Below, piece by piece: positions 37,271 through 64,000 of a stretch of DNA of 64,000 nt; position 1 is the first letter of the stretch; every line of letters starts with the position of its first letter. Below the pieces are notes generated by a model. That model was not told the origin of the DNA. It searched no databases and saw nothing but the letters and a program-made list of their open reading frames with translations. This DNA is from Lytechinus pictus (taxonomy: Eukaryota). Both the position numbers and the translations under genes were made by a program. The stretch is taken from assembly GCF_037042905.1 (NCBI RefSeq), contig NC_087263.1:11596001-11660000 (forward strand), in the 5' to 3' direction.

Positions 37271-38045
37271 TATAATATAAATGAGAGAGAGGGAAAAATC
37301 AAAATAAAGAAGCAAACACATCAAAACGAAGAAAAGATGTGCACCTCCATAAGTATAAACCAACCCACAACTGATAGACAGTTATATTGATCGAGGAAGT
37401 TGGCATTTTGGATGTTATGTTAAAGCACCGTAAAGAAATAGCCCCTTAAGGGAACATAGGGGGGGCGCCTTCACTCGAATAGTCTGGTTACGGGTTACTC
37501 TACCAGACGCGCCAACCAGTTGTGATGGCACAAGCTCAAATTATGGTATATTATCAAGACTATAATGATTTATTTCAGTATGAAAGTATAATACAAATGT
37601 AGAGGTGTATAGCACACGGAGCAAGGATAAAATCTGCGTCCCTTGCAACATTTAAGAGCTGTATTTCCGCCCAATGTCTGGCGATGGTCAAATTAAAATT
37701 ACCAAGGACCCTTTTCTCTATCGTTGCTTTTCTCGGGGGGGGGGGGACCTTTAGACTTCTTTTTCAATTACTTTTCACTGCATATAAAAACGTCAAAGCA
37801 AGTTGTTAAGCCCGACCCTGACAAAAAGTAGTTTAAAGTTCAAAACAGTTGTTTAGACCTTTTTTTTTATTGTTGGAAAATGTTTAAAACTTTAAACGAT
37901 AGTTGCTAGAGTAACGGGCTTAAACAACCTGCTTAAACTCTTAAAAGGCGTTTCTGCATCGTTACCGCCCCTGAAAATGGCGCCCATGGCACGTGCCCCC
38001 CTACCTTAGATACGCGACCGTTTATGTGCAAACATGAAATATTTA

Positions 38046-52060
<14,015 letters not shown>

Positions 52061-52130
52061 GGCGCCCTATGAAGTTATGAAGTACAGAAGACAAAAACAA
52101 CTAAACATAAAATAAGAACTCATTTAAGAA

Positions 52131-52204
52131 CCGTTTCCTTGGAATCGATCCCCGGACTTCCACTATTTTCAGTCGGGCGCCTTAGACCACTTGGCAAAGG
52201 CACC
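52131..52204 (-). pseudogene. Degenerate tRNA-like sequence / SINE head
   Basis: Minus strand GGTGCCTTTGCCAAGTGGTCTAAGGCGCCCGACTGAAAA...GGGATCGATTCC; A and B boxes present but the acceptor stem does not pair. Confidence 0.5.
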
Positions 52205-55200
52205 TCACAATAACAGGTGGGTTAAAACGCCCACACACGCACCCTCCCACTCACAACAGACAGACCCTTACACACACATGTATACAAAAGGTAAGAGTAA
52301 TATGAGAGAAACATGAAAGTAATTGAAAACTAGTACCATACATTTTTGACAAAGAGAATAATTTTCATGTACATTTTCGATTTTCCATTTATGAAGGAAA
52401 ATAGAAAGTTCCACTAGCTTCCTCGGTCTATGCATTTTAATATTTAGGGAGTATCTATTACAGGTTTTTATGGGTGTTTTTTTTCTTTTTCTTTTTCTTC
52501 ACGTTATAAGAACGACACGGATACGCCAAATAATGTTGAATTAGTATACATGTATCTTTTCAATACTTTTAATGCTTCTTTTATTTGATTTCTTCTTTGA
52601 TTTATTTTTTTTTGACATAAGTTTCTTCTCATTAATCACGACTTATTTTTTCCAATTTAAAATTAATTTAATCCTTTCCGACAAAAAAAACGATAATAAA
52701 AAATTATTAGGCATAATATTGCATTCGATAGCATAGAGTTTGAAAAAAAAAAAACCATACAACTTGTGCAATGTCCTCATCACCCTCTAACACCTGGATC
52801 TGGATGTATATGACGTTTATCTTACGTACCCTTTTAATGTGAATAGAAGGTAGGCCCACGGCTGAAACGTTTCATCCCAACTGGCCCATACTGTACAAAA
52901 CGGCCAAAGGTAAGTAGAGAGATAGGCCTACCAGATACTTTCCTGTTACAAATAGAAATGGAACACAATGAAATAACAGAATCCGCCTGAGGTAGGACTA
53001 TCCCTGCTGAAAAAAACCACAGTGTCATGCAGTGTGATCGCAGTGTGTTCACATAGTGGACTATGTGAACATATTATCAACCCTGTTTAAATGCTTAAAT
53101 TTATCAGTGTGAATATATTTTCACACTGTGGATACAGTGTGACTGTCCACAGCGTGCTCACATGGCCGACTATGTGAATCAGACTTGTTAAAATAACGCC
53201 TAAATTTAAGTTTGAAGGTGATGTCAAATTGTATTCCACACAGTGTGGTACATACATATGGATACTGAGTTCTTTTCAGTATGTATATATTTATTTTTGT
53301 TAAACACACTCTCCAGAAAGCCGTGAACCACACACAACCCCGGACGATTTGAGTGTTAGATGTTGGGGGTGGGGGGGGGGGGCGGGGACACAGTAGACTG
53401 TTCCATTTCGTTTGGTATTTTCTTTTAAAGCATACAGTATGGGTTCTCTTCACAAGAAATTCCACAAAAATAACATAAAAACATATTTTTCACACAAAAG
53501 GGAAACTCAATACCCTTAATCATCATTTTAAATAAGAAGGGAGGGGCGGCATATAAGCAGGTCAATACTACCCAATACATTGAATTGTTTTTGTACAACA
53601 TATAAAAGTAAGGGCACATTTTGCCTTGTCCATGCACCCCGCCCTGTTTCCCCTTCGATCGCCCCACACATCTTCCTAAACGCAGGAGTGCTAACAACCG
53701 TTCTATTTGCACACAGGCAAACTTGGCATTTACACCTGCTTTTCAGATTCTATAAAGAATACAAAAAATATATAAAATTAGATTATGAATTATCAACAAA
53801 TATACTAAGAGCGGTCACTAATCCATAACCTTTGATCAGGGAAGTGGGAGTTAGAATTCCCTGTTTTGATAGTATGTCTGTAATGTACACGCTGCGGTTT
53901 TATCAGCTTCCTCCATTCCCAACCTGTCTGTACGATGATCTTGACAACTATAAATTTTCATTATGTTTATATATCTTATTGCTAAACGAAATGAAAATTG
54001 CTAATACGTCAATTGTCCAGAGTCCAGAACGCCACTGCTGTTTTGATCCTCTGATTATTACCTAAATGCACATATACAATGTCATGATTCAATCACTTTT
54101 TGATTCGTAATATTTATTCAATAAATTCTTAGTTCATGTAATATGTGTAGTCCTTAAACGAAACGGTTAGTTTCAGATTAAATTTAATTCTGCTTTACTT
54201 ACAATAATTTACCTCCAGTATATCTCTATTATCAGATCTGATTGTACACCAGGAAATGCCGATATTAGGATTTTTCATTATGTTATTTTGTTATTATGTT
54301 TGTGTTTGATTTTTTTGTTTCTTTGAAAAAAATCTTTATTCAATTTAAGTTAATTATTTGAAATCAACATTTAAACAAACTGGCAGTATACTAGACGAAT
54401 TATTAACACATACGTTACCACGTTTTCATAAACTCATATCATAGCACATGCATGAATAATATATTTTTTATATTTTATCTCTTTAAGATTTCGTCATTTA
54501 AAATACCTTTTGCCAATTTGTTTAATGTTTCCGTTAATTTGTTGATTATTTTTTTATGAGATAGTTGAATACTAAAATAGCATACACACTAGTCATTTCC
54601 CAGACACACAATTTCAGTTAATATTCCTTCTAATATTCCACAACACAAGTAGTTTCAATGCATGCTTTATCCGTATTATTCATTTTGTAATTATTTGTGT
54701 TATTGTTTGAACATTTTTTTTGTGTGTGTGTCATTATTACCTTGTAAATACATCGCAATCGGCCTTAACCGTCTTGATTTTTATTAATAAATCATATATC
54801 TATCTTGATCTATTTTCGACAAAGGTTGTTTTGTCATTGAAGGTTTTTTTGACAAAAGATTCTCTGGGTTATAGAAGGTGTGTGCGTTGTAATTTCGAAA
54901 TTGCCCTTATGTCGACATGGTCGATGGTTTGCGGAAACAACGAGCACTTCAAGACATCTGCTACATTGCTCAACGTTATCAGTGGCGTACGCAGGGTGTG
55001 AGGGGTTACAGGGGTTCAACCCCCCTTAATTTTTTAAAACCTTTTCTTATTTTTATTTTTGTTTGCTTGTCATTTTTTTGGGTACGAAACGACACCAACT
55101 TTTTGCCGAAGACTTTTTGGTTTGCTTGTCAACTTTTCATTCCGCAAGAGGCTGCGTCCCTGCGTACGTTACTGAACATTATCAATGGAACTTCATGCAA

Positions 55201-58200
55201 TTTCTTAACCCATATTTTATCCTCTAGTGGCCCGGCAATGTTACTATAGTAACCGCGGATAAAAATATTTCCACTTTACATACAAAATCACAGGTGGCGT
55301 GGGAACATCATTGCATAATTCATAAACCTCATGAATTTATTATTTCAGCTTTTAATGGATAATGATAATGGCGGTAGCTTCGGGGGCCTGTGTTTCTTCC
55401 TGCCCCGCCAACCCCCCCCCCCCCCTCCCCGGGAAAAGCTCAATGCATAAGGCCGTGTGTAATCCACCACTTGGTGACGATCATTGACTTTGAAAACTGG
55501 AACATGACCTAAATTGAAAGTCAACAAGATACATATTCTATGACTTCATCAAACTTTTTTTTATACCGTGGGGCAGGGTTTGTGTTGGTTAATTTCTGGC
55601 TGTTACACCTGCATTACTTAAAACAAACCCTGAAGAGCTGATTTGATAATTGACAGGTGGTCTTTTTATTGTTCTCTGAGAACATCATTCCATGTTTTTC
55701 TCCTCTTTTTGTAAGAAAAGGCCTTCTTGTCAGACACTGTTTGCAGAAGAAATGGTTTCCTTGTTCTCTCTTGATTTGCCGGTGGTAAAGAATTGTGCAT
55801 AATTATGTATAATTATGCAAAATTAATCATTATTTTCATGCAAAGTGACGCATCTGGTATTTCGGGGTTCAGTCTCCGGCGGCAATCGATGTTTGCGTTT
55901 CCCAACAAATTCAATATATTTTGAGCGTGCTCACTTGACCTTAGAAAAGTAGGACTCCGTTGGACAAACATCTACCATCTTGTCCGTTGTTTACATTGTC
56001 TCAACATAAACCCCAAAGTGCGTTTTATACACAAATATTACTCCACAATAGGGCAATTGCGAATGCGATGCATACCTTCACAATCAACAACACAACAACC
56101 ATGGCAACAATAAATATGCAACGTTTCTTTACTCACCAATATGCCAGTGTCAGAAATAATACATTTATTCCATACTGCCAGGTTTTTATATACTGTGTAT
56201 CTACGCGTTATGTGAAATAAACCACATCATACGAGGAACCAATTATACCATGCAGAGATTATGCCAGTGCAGGATCAATTTACAACCCTCTTCCTTTCTC
56301 GTTGTCATGGCGACAAGAAAGCTGACAGCAACATTATTGACTTGATATATTAATACATGTGGATGTGTGCATGGGCGCAAGTGCTGGACGGGCGCGCGTT
56401 GACTATTAGGGAGTTTGTCAAAAGTCCATGCACCGTTCTTTATCGTTTTTACCGCATCCGGGTTTTCGCTTCGGCTTTCCCGCCCAACGTTCCCTTGTCT
56501 TCAAAGGAACGGCCGCCATCAAAGGCCCATTGATGCCACCGTTCTTTTGTTCGTCTTTCCTGCAAGTCTTAATTTCTGTCGAAAGACCGAAGAATCTATT
56601 CTAAGTAGCTCCCTCTACGACCAAAACAAAGGCGTGCCTTCATATTTACTGTCTGACACTGAACTAGAAATACGTATTTCTAGTTCAGTGCTGTCGGATC
56701 GGAGAGTTCGGGTCACTGTTCTGAACTGTGGTTCGCATCTATAATGGAAGTTCGGGTGCATTCATAAAGCCACGGTAGCTTAATAAAAAATCACGCACGT
56801 GTCATAAATCGTTACTGATCTTTCGAATTTGCTGCAATAACCATGAAAACTTCTTTTTTGCAATTGGAAGAGAGTCAATTTAGGATGTTTTAGGTGGGAA
56901 AATAAGATTCCACACATTTTCGTTTCGTAGGCCCAAGCCATTAATAGAATTCACGTCAACATGGAATATTTATTATTACTCGCATCTGAAACAAGTTGGG
57001 AGCCCCCCCCCCAAAAAAAAAAAAAAAAAAAGGAAATGGAAAGATGAAATGACTATGACCGGAACAGCTTGGCACTATTAGGCAGATAGATAGATCAACA
57101 ATTTATTAGAAACTGTAAGAAATAGTTTGTTCAATTTTTGTACGGGCAACCATTTTCCCAGGATAACATATTGTCTCAGTCTTAAATTTCCTTATCTCCT
57201 TGTTTTAAAGAAGCGGGACCAAAAGAGAAGATGAAAAGAGGAAGAAGAAAACTAAGAAGGATAGGGAGAGAAAAGGAAGGGGAAACAGAGAGATAATACA
57301 AAAATAATATTGGGGTGGAGGAAGAGGAAGGGTGAAAGAAATATGGAGGAAAAACAGTTGAACGAGAAAAAAAAACTAGGAAATTTGAGAGGGGAAGAAA
57401 TTTAGGATCGACGATCAACGGGAGAAGGGGGACAAATTGGAATATGGAAATGGATAGAGACAGAAAATAAGGGGAAAGAAGAAGAGAGATCTGGTGGACG
57501 ATGGGGGGAGAAAAAATGGGGGGAAGGGAAAGAGTGAAAGGGGAACAGAGGGGAAGACTTGCAGTGGCGGAGGCTGGATGTGTGAACAGGGCTAAATTTT
57601 CCAATAAAATATGATTTCATACCTATCACATCACAATCATTTTAGGGCCATGCTCATATAACCAAGGAGATATCATCTCCTTGATATAATATAGTACTCA
57701 AGAATGGAATGGTGACATGAACTTTTCTGACCGGGATTTACCAATATAATTATAAACTTGAAAGCTTTAAATAATCGTCAAGAAGGAATATACGCGGACA
57801 AAATTCAGTTAAAAAAATAAGAATAACTAAATGGGAGGCTTACAAGTTGCATAAATTGTGTGTGATTTTTATTTCATCAAAAAGTATGTTTATTGGTATT
57901 ATTCATTGAATGTGTGACTTTCGTAACGTTCAGTATTTTTCATTTGTCATAATCACCAAGGCTACCACTACCACATTCACCATCACCGCCACCATCATCA
58001 TCATCAGTGTTGATTATCATCACTATCATCAGCAGCATCATTATTGTCAGCAGCAAATCATCTAAGTATGTCATTATCATAGTTATTGAAATTAGGATCA
58101 TTTTGGTAAGGAAATAATGAAAGAGACTGGAAAAAAAAGGTTGTAGCGAGAAGGGAAGGGGGGGGGGGGGTGAATTTGTTCTAAAGTAAAATCAATGTGA

Positions 58201-60003
58201 GTAGAATTAACTCTATGTTTTTATCTATATTGCAGTGATGGTAAAAATCAGTACAATACTAGGATGCCATGGTGTTCAATAATTTAAACTTCAAATTTCA
58301 ATACTTCACGGATGAAGATATGGGGCCGTAAGCTTCAGGGTAATTATGTGGAATGATATTAACATTATATCATTACTCTAAAATAGATGAAAGATAATTA
58401 TTTATCATCTATATCAGGTTGTACACAACTGGCCTACAGCAAAAGCAAATGGGGCCATGATATAGTCTTCTCCAGCAAGACATTATTCTCCAGCAAAACA
58501 TTATTGACCTTTCAGGATTACTTGGCATTAATACTCATCGAACTGTTCTTAGTCATTGCCCAGGCCTATGGTCATGAAAGAGCAAGATCACTCACCCGTG
58601 TAGAGAATCATTAATTGACAATGGCATGCTCAGCGGGTTCGCCATAGACCAAAATGAATGGTAGAGGCGCTCAGAGAATAGTTCCCCATATCCGCTGTCG
58701 TGATTATTGTCATAATTTCAATAGACGAACCTACTTCAAAAGACCGTTGGCCCGTCCGATGGGGAATCTTTTGTACTACCGTCCCGACTTCTTTCTTTCA
58801 CGATCATCGAGTAGCGATTAGCACGTAAAATCGCATAAATTATCTCACAAAACGGATCTAATGTTCATGATTACCAGCATCACCATAATCATTACTATTA
58901 TCTTTCATATATTCTTAATTATATAAAATATAAAATTGATATTGGAGAACGATTGTAAATAGATAATGAATGAATGATGATGGTGATGATGATAACAGTG
59001 ATGATGATAATGATAATTATAACTTTGAAGTGATATTAACAGACATGATAATACGAATAATAATATCAGTGATAATGTTGATGATTAAATGATAACAAGT
59101 GAAGATGATTGGTATATTTTGCGGCAATGAACCATGTATAACTTGAGACGCGTTTTTTCTTTATCATGTTTGTTTTAAAAGGGTTTTCGCATCATGATCC
59201 TGAAATACATAGATTATATATCAATTAAAAATAGAGAGAATGGATGGCCTTCATCTAATTTTGGAAAAGATTTTGCGGGTTCTCAAGTCCAACGCATATC
59301 GAGGTCGATGCGATTTTTATATCGACATCATTCCCCAGAGTCTATCAATTTATGAATTTGTGTGCATTTTCGCAAAATTGGCATTTGTAATACGAGATTA
59401 TTATAATGTTAGAGTACTGTAACATCCGAACTGCATGCCATCCCGGCTACGTACGTTTTGAATAAATCGGCTATTTCGATTTCTGGATGCATGATACCAT
59501 GCAGTTAAAGCGGTGTACGCCTGAATTATATTGATTGTATTAACTTTATTATAACGTCGACAAACAGAATTCATCAGATTCTTTATCATTACACCAAATG
59601 ACATGAACTTATGCACATATAGGCCTACGTCTTCTGCTTGATAGAACACTGACCCCCCCCCCTCCCCTCCCCCATTAGAGCGAGAACAATGAAATTGCGC
59701 TCTCTCATTAATATTGATTTCGATACAGAGATCGGGAAACGCACGCCATTAATAATAATTTACATTATTTGTATACCACTTAGCACAAAACGTTTATCTA
59801 AACGCTAAGGAAAAAATATATAGAGAGAAGGAATTTCACCCAAAATAAAGTAGTTGTACAGTTCACAGTAGGCTGTGAACAATTGAGGGGCTTCATATGC
59901 GGAGAGAAAGCTATATTTAACAAAAAAAAAAGGTTTAAACACGGATTTGAATTTCTCTCTTGAATTTGAATTTGCTTGTTTAATACTTTTTGGTAGATTG
60001 TTC

Positions 60004-61459
60004 CAGAGTTGGATCCAGGGGTGGGGCAAGGGGTCCGCCCTCCCTCCTCCCCCTATTGGCGGAGCAAAAAAAGGGGGAAAGGAAGACCAAAAAAAGGAAA
60101 AGAGGGGAGAAAAATGGTACACATGAGAGGAGGAAAACGAGTGAATACATAAGATGAGGGGCAGACTTCGAAAACAATAAAAAAATCTGTCATGTCATTA
60201 TATAAAATTTTCGCTCGTGCTTAGTGCTTGCATTACCTTTTAGGTGATTTACATATATGGAACTTTAAATATCAAATTTTGAAGTCGATATACATAACAT
60301 ATTTCAGCTCGGAAATCGAACTTTAAAAAAAGAAAATGTTTTGTAGAAATTTCTTTTTTATTGTCTGAATGTTTGAATATTAACATTTTCTGCTTGCGCT
60401 GCGCGCTCACAAAATTTGATTTGTCAAGTACCTATTATTTTCCTGTATTCCATATAGTTATCAAAATATCCCTATTCATGTCAGATTGTAAAAACGTATC
60501 AGATAGCGCTGCATGCTCGCATTTTGATTGGTGAGTTATAAAAATTTAAATATTAATTCTATAATTATTTTTAATATAAATAATTTTAATTCTATTTTAT
60601 GACAGTTTATCAACAATTTTCGGCTGGCGATTTCGCGCACATTGATTGTTAAAAATATATTAACTCATGCATCTTATTCATTATTACAAAAGTGCTTTAA
60701 ATGGCCAGTTTTCAGGCTATAATATTGACTGATTTCTCGGTCTGATTAGGCTTATTAGATTAATAAATTAATTTAATGATAAATTTTCCCCTTTTCAGAA
60801 TGAAATTTTGACAGGTTTCATCTCGCGCATTGATATGAAGAGAAATAGGAAGACAGTCATACTTTTCATACGATGGAATAATGTTCTTAGAATGTCCCGG
60901 TCCTACATGTATGTCAAAACTCAAAGTAATAATAATGAAACATACCAGCTCCTTTAACTGTGATCCATATCCAATCGAAATTTTCCTACAAATCTCGAAT
61001 TTTCCGCTTGCGCTTCGCGCTCGCATCAGTTGCTTTGTTATATATTCAACTTTTTCATGATTACAAAAATTTCAATTCTTCAGGTAGAAAGGTCAAAATT
61101 CAGCTCGCGCTTCGCGCTCGCGTTATTTGAATTTTGAAATATGTAACGTCTTCATGGCTAACTGCAATCAGCCGTTAACAAATCTTTTTATCAGAATGAT
61201 CAAAGCGTATATTAAATTTATTCATCTCGTTTAGGATCACAAGCATTGCCAGAATGCCATTTTAGGACAAAATACATGGAATAACAATTTAAAAAAAAAA
61301 TAGCTCGCTCTTCGCGCTCGCACTATTTAAATAAGGCTTATGAGATTATTTTACATTTATTTAAACAAACAAAAATCAGATTTGAGTGGCTGATCGGGGG
61401 TAATGTGGTTAAAAAGACCCCCCCCCCATCCCCTTTGGCGAAGGCTGGATCTGCCCCTG
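60004..61459. mobile_element. Second member of the GGCGGATCCAG-TIR family
   Basis: Colinear with 39471-42318 (ccctattggcggagcaaaaa; gctcgcgcttcgcgctcgc motifs; ends ctggatctgcccctg). Confidence 0.8.
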
Positions 61460-63287
61460 CAAGTGTACTCACTTTTTGAGAGTCACATCAACTATCTGTA
61501 ATATGAATATGTCTTTCAAACACAAGTAAAGACCTTAATTTTTTAACACCACGTTTTAAAGGGGTCAAAATGCCCTATTTTAGTGACAGCTTTTTGTCTA
61601 AAAAGTTTTCAAGGGAAAATGTGCCCCCACCTGAAAATCTGCCACTGATTGAATACACCTAAACCATTCAACTATAGACACGTGTAGTCAAGAATAATGC
61701 AAAAAACAGAATGATTAATATATATATAATAAGCTTAACGTTTTTACTTCTACTATTTTGATCCTGTTCAAAAACACAATTCGAATTAACTTCATCGCAG
61801 TGGTGCCAACACTGAACAGTTCAATGTTCTTGCTCGTGAATAAATGATATTTTCCCGAAAGCACGAATCCAATTAATGCTTATTTAACCACATGTCTATC
61901 CCGGTTTTTTAAGGAAAAAAAGAGATCAGGCTCAGTGGGATTGAAAAAAAAATCTTCCCCGCGCCTGAACAAATCACGCTTGCATTATTTAGTCTGATAC
62001 TTACCCTCTTGATGACTTTGAATTATTTTGGTTGTAATTAAATCGAGTATAACATCTGTTCTATGAAACTTGATTTTGTAACATTTATTATAAAAATACT
62101 TATGAACAAATCATATTTGGTCTGCATAAAAAAGCGCCTTCTCATATTTCAATTTTACCTTAAACGTACACTGTAAATATTTTCAAACGAAATCTATGAA
62201 AAGGGTGGAAGTTAGACTTTCATTTTGATGCCAAATAGTATCATTAATTGGGATTAGTTGCAAACACGGTGTTCGAGTAAAAGACACATCGGGGACACAC
62301 CAAAGTATCAAGACAGTTACCCGCGCTGACAAAGTGGTAATCTCCCATTGAAATACCCTCACCAATCAACGGGTCATCCTTCTATTGAAATCCGCCACCA
62401 TTCAGACCACCTCTATGTTCAACAATAGGGTAATCTCCCCAATCAAAAATGGGGTAATTTAAATCTACCTTGACAATTGGGTAAGCCGAGCTCTCCCATT
62501 AAATACAGCTAGCAATGCACTGGGCCAGGTCATTTTCAACGTCCGGCTTTCGGGGAATTAAAATGAACATCAAATGGGTAGTTTTCTTGTACTCGTTTTG
62601 TCCCCATACTAGAGCCTTGATTTTGGTTATTTTCGTAATGTGTATTTCAATATGTTTCCATTATATTTATCAGCATTTCGACATTTAATGTAGTTTAATA
62701 CTTGTCTTTATAAAGAGCAATATTACATAAAACATGTTTGGCGCAGGAAATTATAACATAACGTTCCACCGATATTTCATCAACACATTTTTAATTAACC
62801 ATGTAACTTTCCTCTTTATAGGTCTACTCTTAATGTATACATTCGAGTTATATTCTTTGCCTATCATCTCTCCGTACATTTTAATAATCAAATATATTTG
62901 GAAAAGGGGTGTTTACCAGGCGAAAGTGAAGGTCCTCACTTGTGCATGAACGACATATCCTCCGATTAAAATGCATGCTGTGGGTTTCAAAGGGGGCACA
63001 CTTGTGTAAAAATGGCATATTTACATTAACAAATTGATAATGGCTCTCAAAGGGGGAGGGTGCACGGGCCGGATGCCACCCCCCCCCCCCCCGGAATCAC
63101 TACCGTACCCTCCAGGTGCAGAATATAGACCCACTGACTTCTTTTAGTAGAGGTCACAGAATAGAGCACAATACTTTTGAGAGGCCAACTATTGTTCAAA
63201 ATAAATACAGCGCCTATTAGATTGTATTGTGTTACTTCGGCAGAATCTGCGCCAGCATACACTCCATCCTTCTTGATCTAGTATGCC

Positions 63288-63456
63288 TAATACCTCGGTC
63301 ACATTTTTTCTACGGTGGTCGTACGGCGAGTCGAAAACAGCCGTTTTATCAGTTTTCGTACCAGCTAAATATAGGTGGTTTGAATAAAAAATGAATAAAA
63401 CGGCTGTTTTCGACTCGCCGTACGGCCGCCGTAGAGCAAATGTGACCGAGGCATTA
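63288..63456. mobile_element. Short palindromic MITE
   Basis: About 65-bp near-perfect arms taat.cctcggtcacattt..tctacgg.gg.cgtacggcgagtcgaaaacagccgttttat. Confidence 0.8.
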
Positions 63457-64000
63457 CGATTTCCTGAACGTCTATTGATTTTTTTTTTGTGTGTAAAAGC
63501 ATTTAAATAAAAAAATAAAAAAGCTATACAGAATACAACTATGCGATTAAGAGGTGAAGTACAAAGTTAGAAGGGGAACTAGGCCAAAGAGCCTTCCGTA
63601 TTACTTACGTCGGTAAATTATGTTTACCTTAGACACTGGGAATCTAATTTGCATTTTGACACATACACATTGCAGATAAATTCAGATATTTGATAGGAAG
63701 AAGAAATCAACGGCAATATGCATGCACGTACTGCATAAGTCAAACGTGAAGGTTAAAGAAATAAGTATAGAAAATATTTAGACAAATTCAAAGGAAGAAA
63801 TGAAGTTGGATGAAAAAAAAGGAGCCATAAAATTAAGTTGACAAAATTGAATATTGTGAGTAGAACTGGAAAATTGAAAGAAATAATTAAACCTCCCCCA
63901 ACCGCACTGCAGAACGGTTTTGAAGGGGGGTCACCATGCATAAACTCATGGTACTTTTTACGTTTTGTACGCTATTTGGGGGAAAATAGAGTGTGGAGGC

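Noticed and set aside
52131..52204. Possible functional tRNA gene (GAA anticodon)
   Set aside because: The acceptor, anticodon and T stems pair poorly; better explained as a SINE head or pseudo-tRNA.
57182..57629. Hydrophobic, Pro-rich minus-strand ORFs
   Set aside because: Antisense translation of a purine-rich low-complexity tract, with no splice or homology support.

Overview
AT-rich, intron- and repeat-rich animal genomic DNA. The gene set and repeat landscape suggest a marine deuterostome invertebrate, most likely a sea urchin (inference). I reconstructed three spliced genes by hand; every intron is GT-AG and phases are consistent. (1) The 3' part of acetyl-CoA carboxylase (ACC; + strand, 18 exons, 3586-19673, about 790 aa including the whole carboxyltransferase domain); its 5' exons lie upstream of the window. 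(2) A complete 4-exon, 81-aa SVIP (small VCP/p97-interacting protein) orthologue on the - strand (32984-27190), invisible in the ORF track. (3) A complete 8-exon, 418-aa alpha-2,8-sialyltransferase-like (ST8Sia, GT29) CDS on the - strand (52060-38046). Introns carry many often nested non-autonomous elements (Kolobok-, piggyBac-, Harbinger-, hAT- and Mutator-like), tRNA-derived SINEs, a Rex1/Babar-like LINE fragment, satellites and microsatellites. A 5'-truncated Penelope-like retroelement has a GIY-YIG domain, a minimal hammerhead ribozyme and a 13-bp TSD. The most unusual signal is a pervasive 6-bp insertion at TA sites (TA>TACATGTA, also TA>TAGGCCTA). It can be shown by comparing repeat copies and is strongly concentrated in the ACC/SVIP half of the window.
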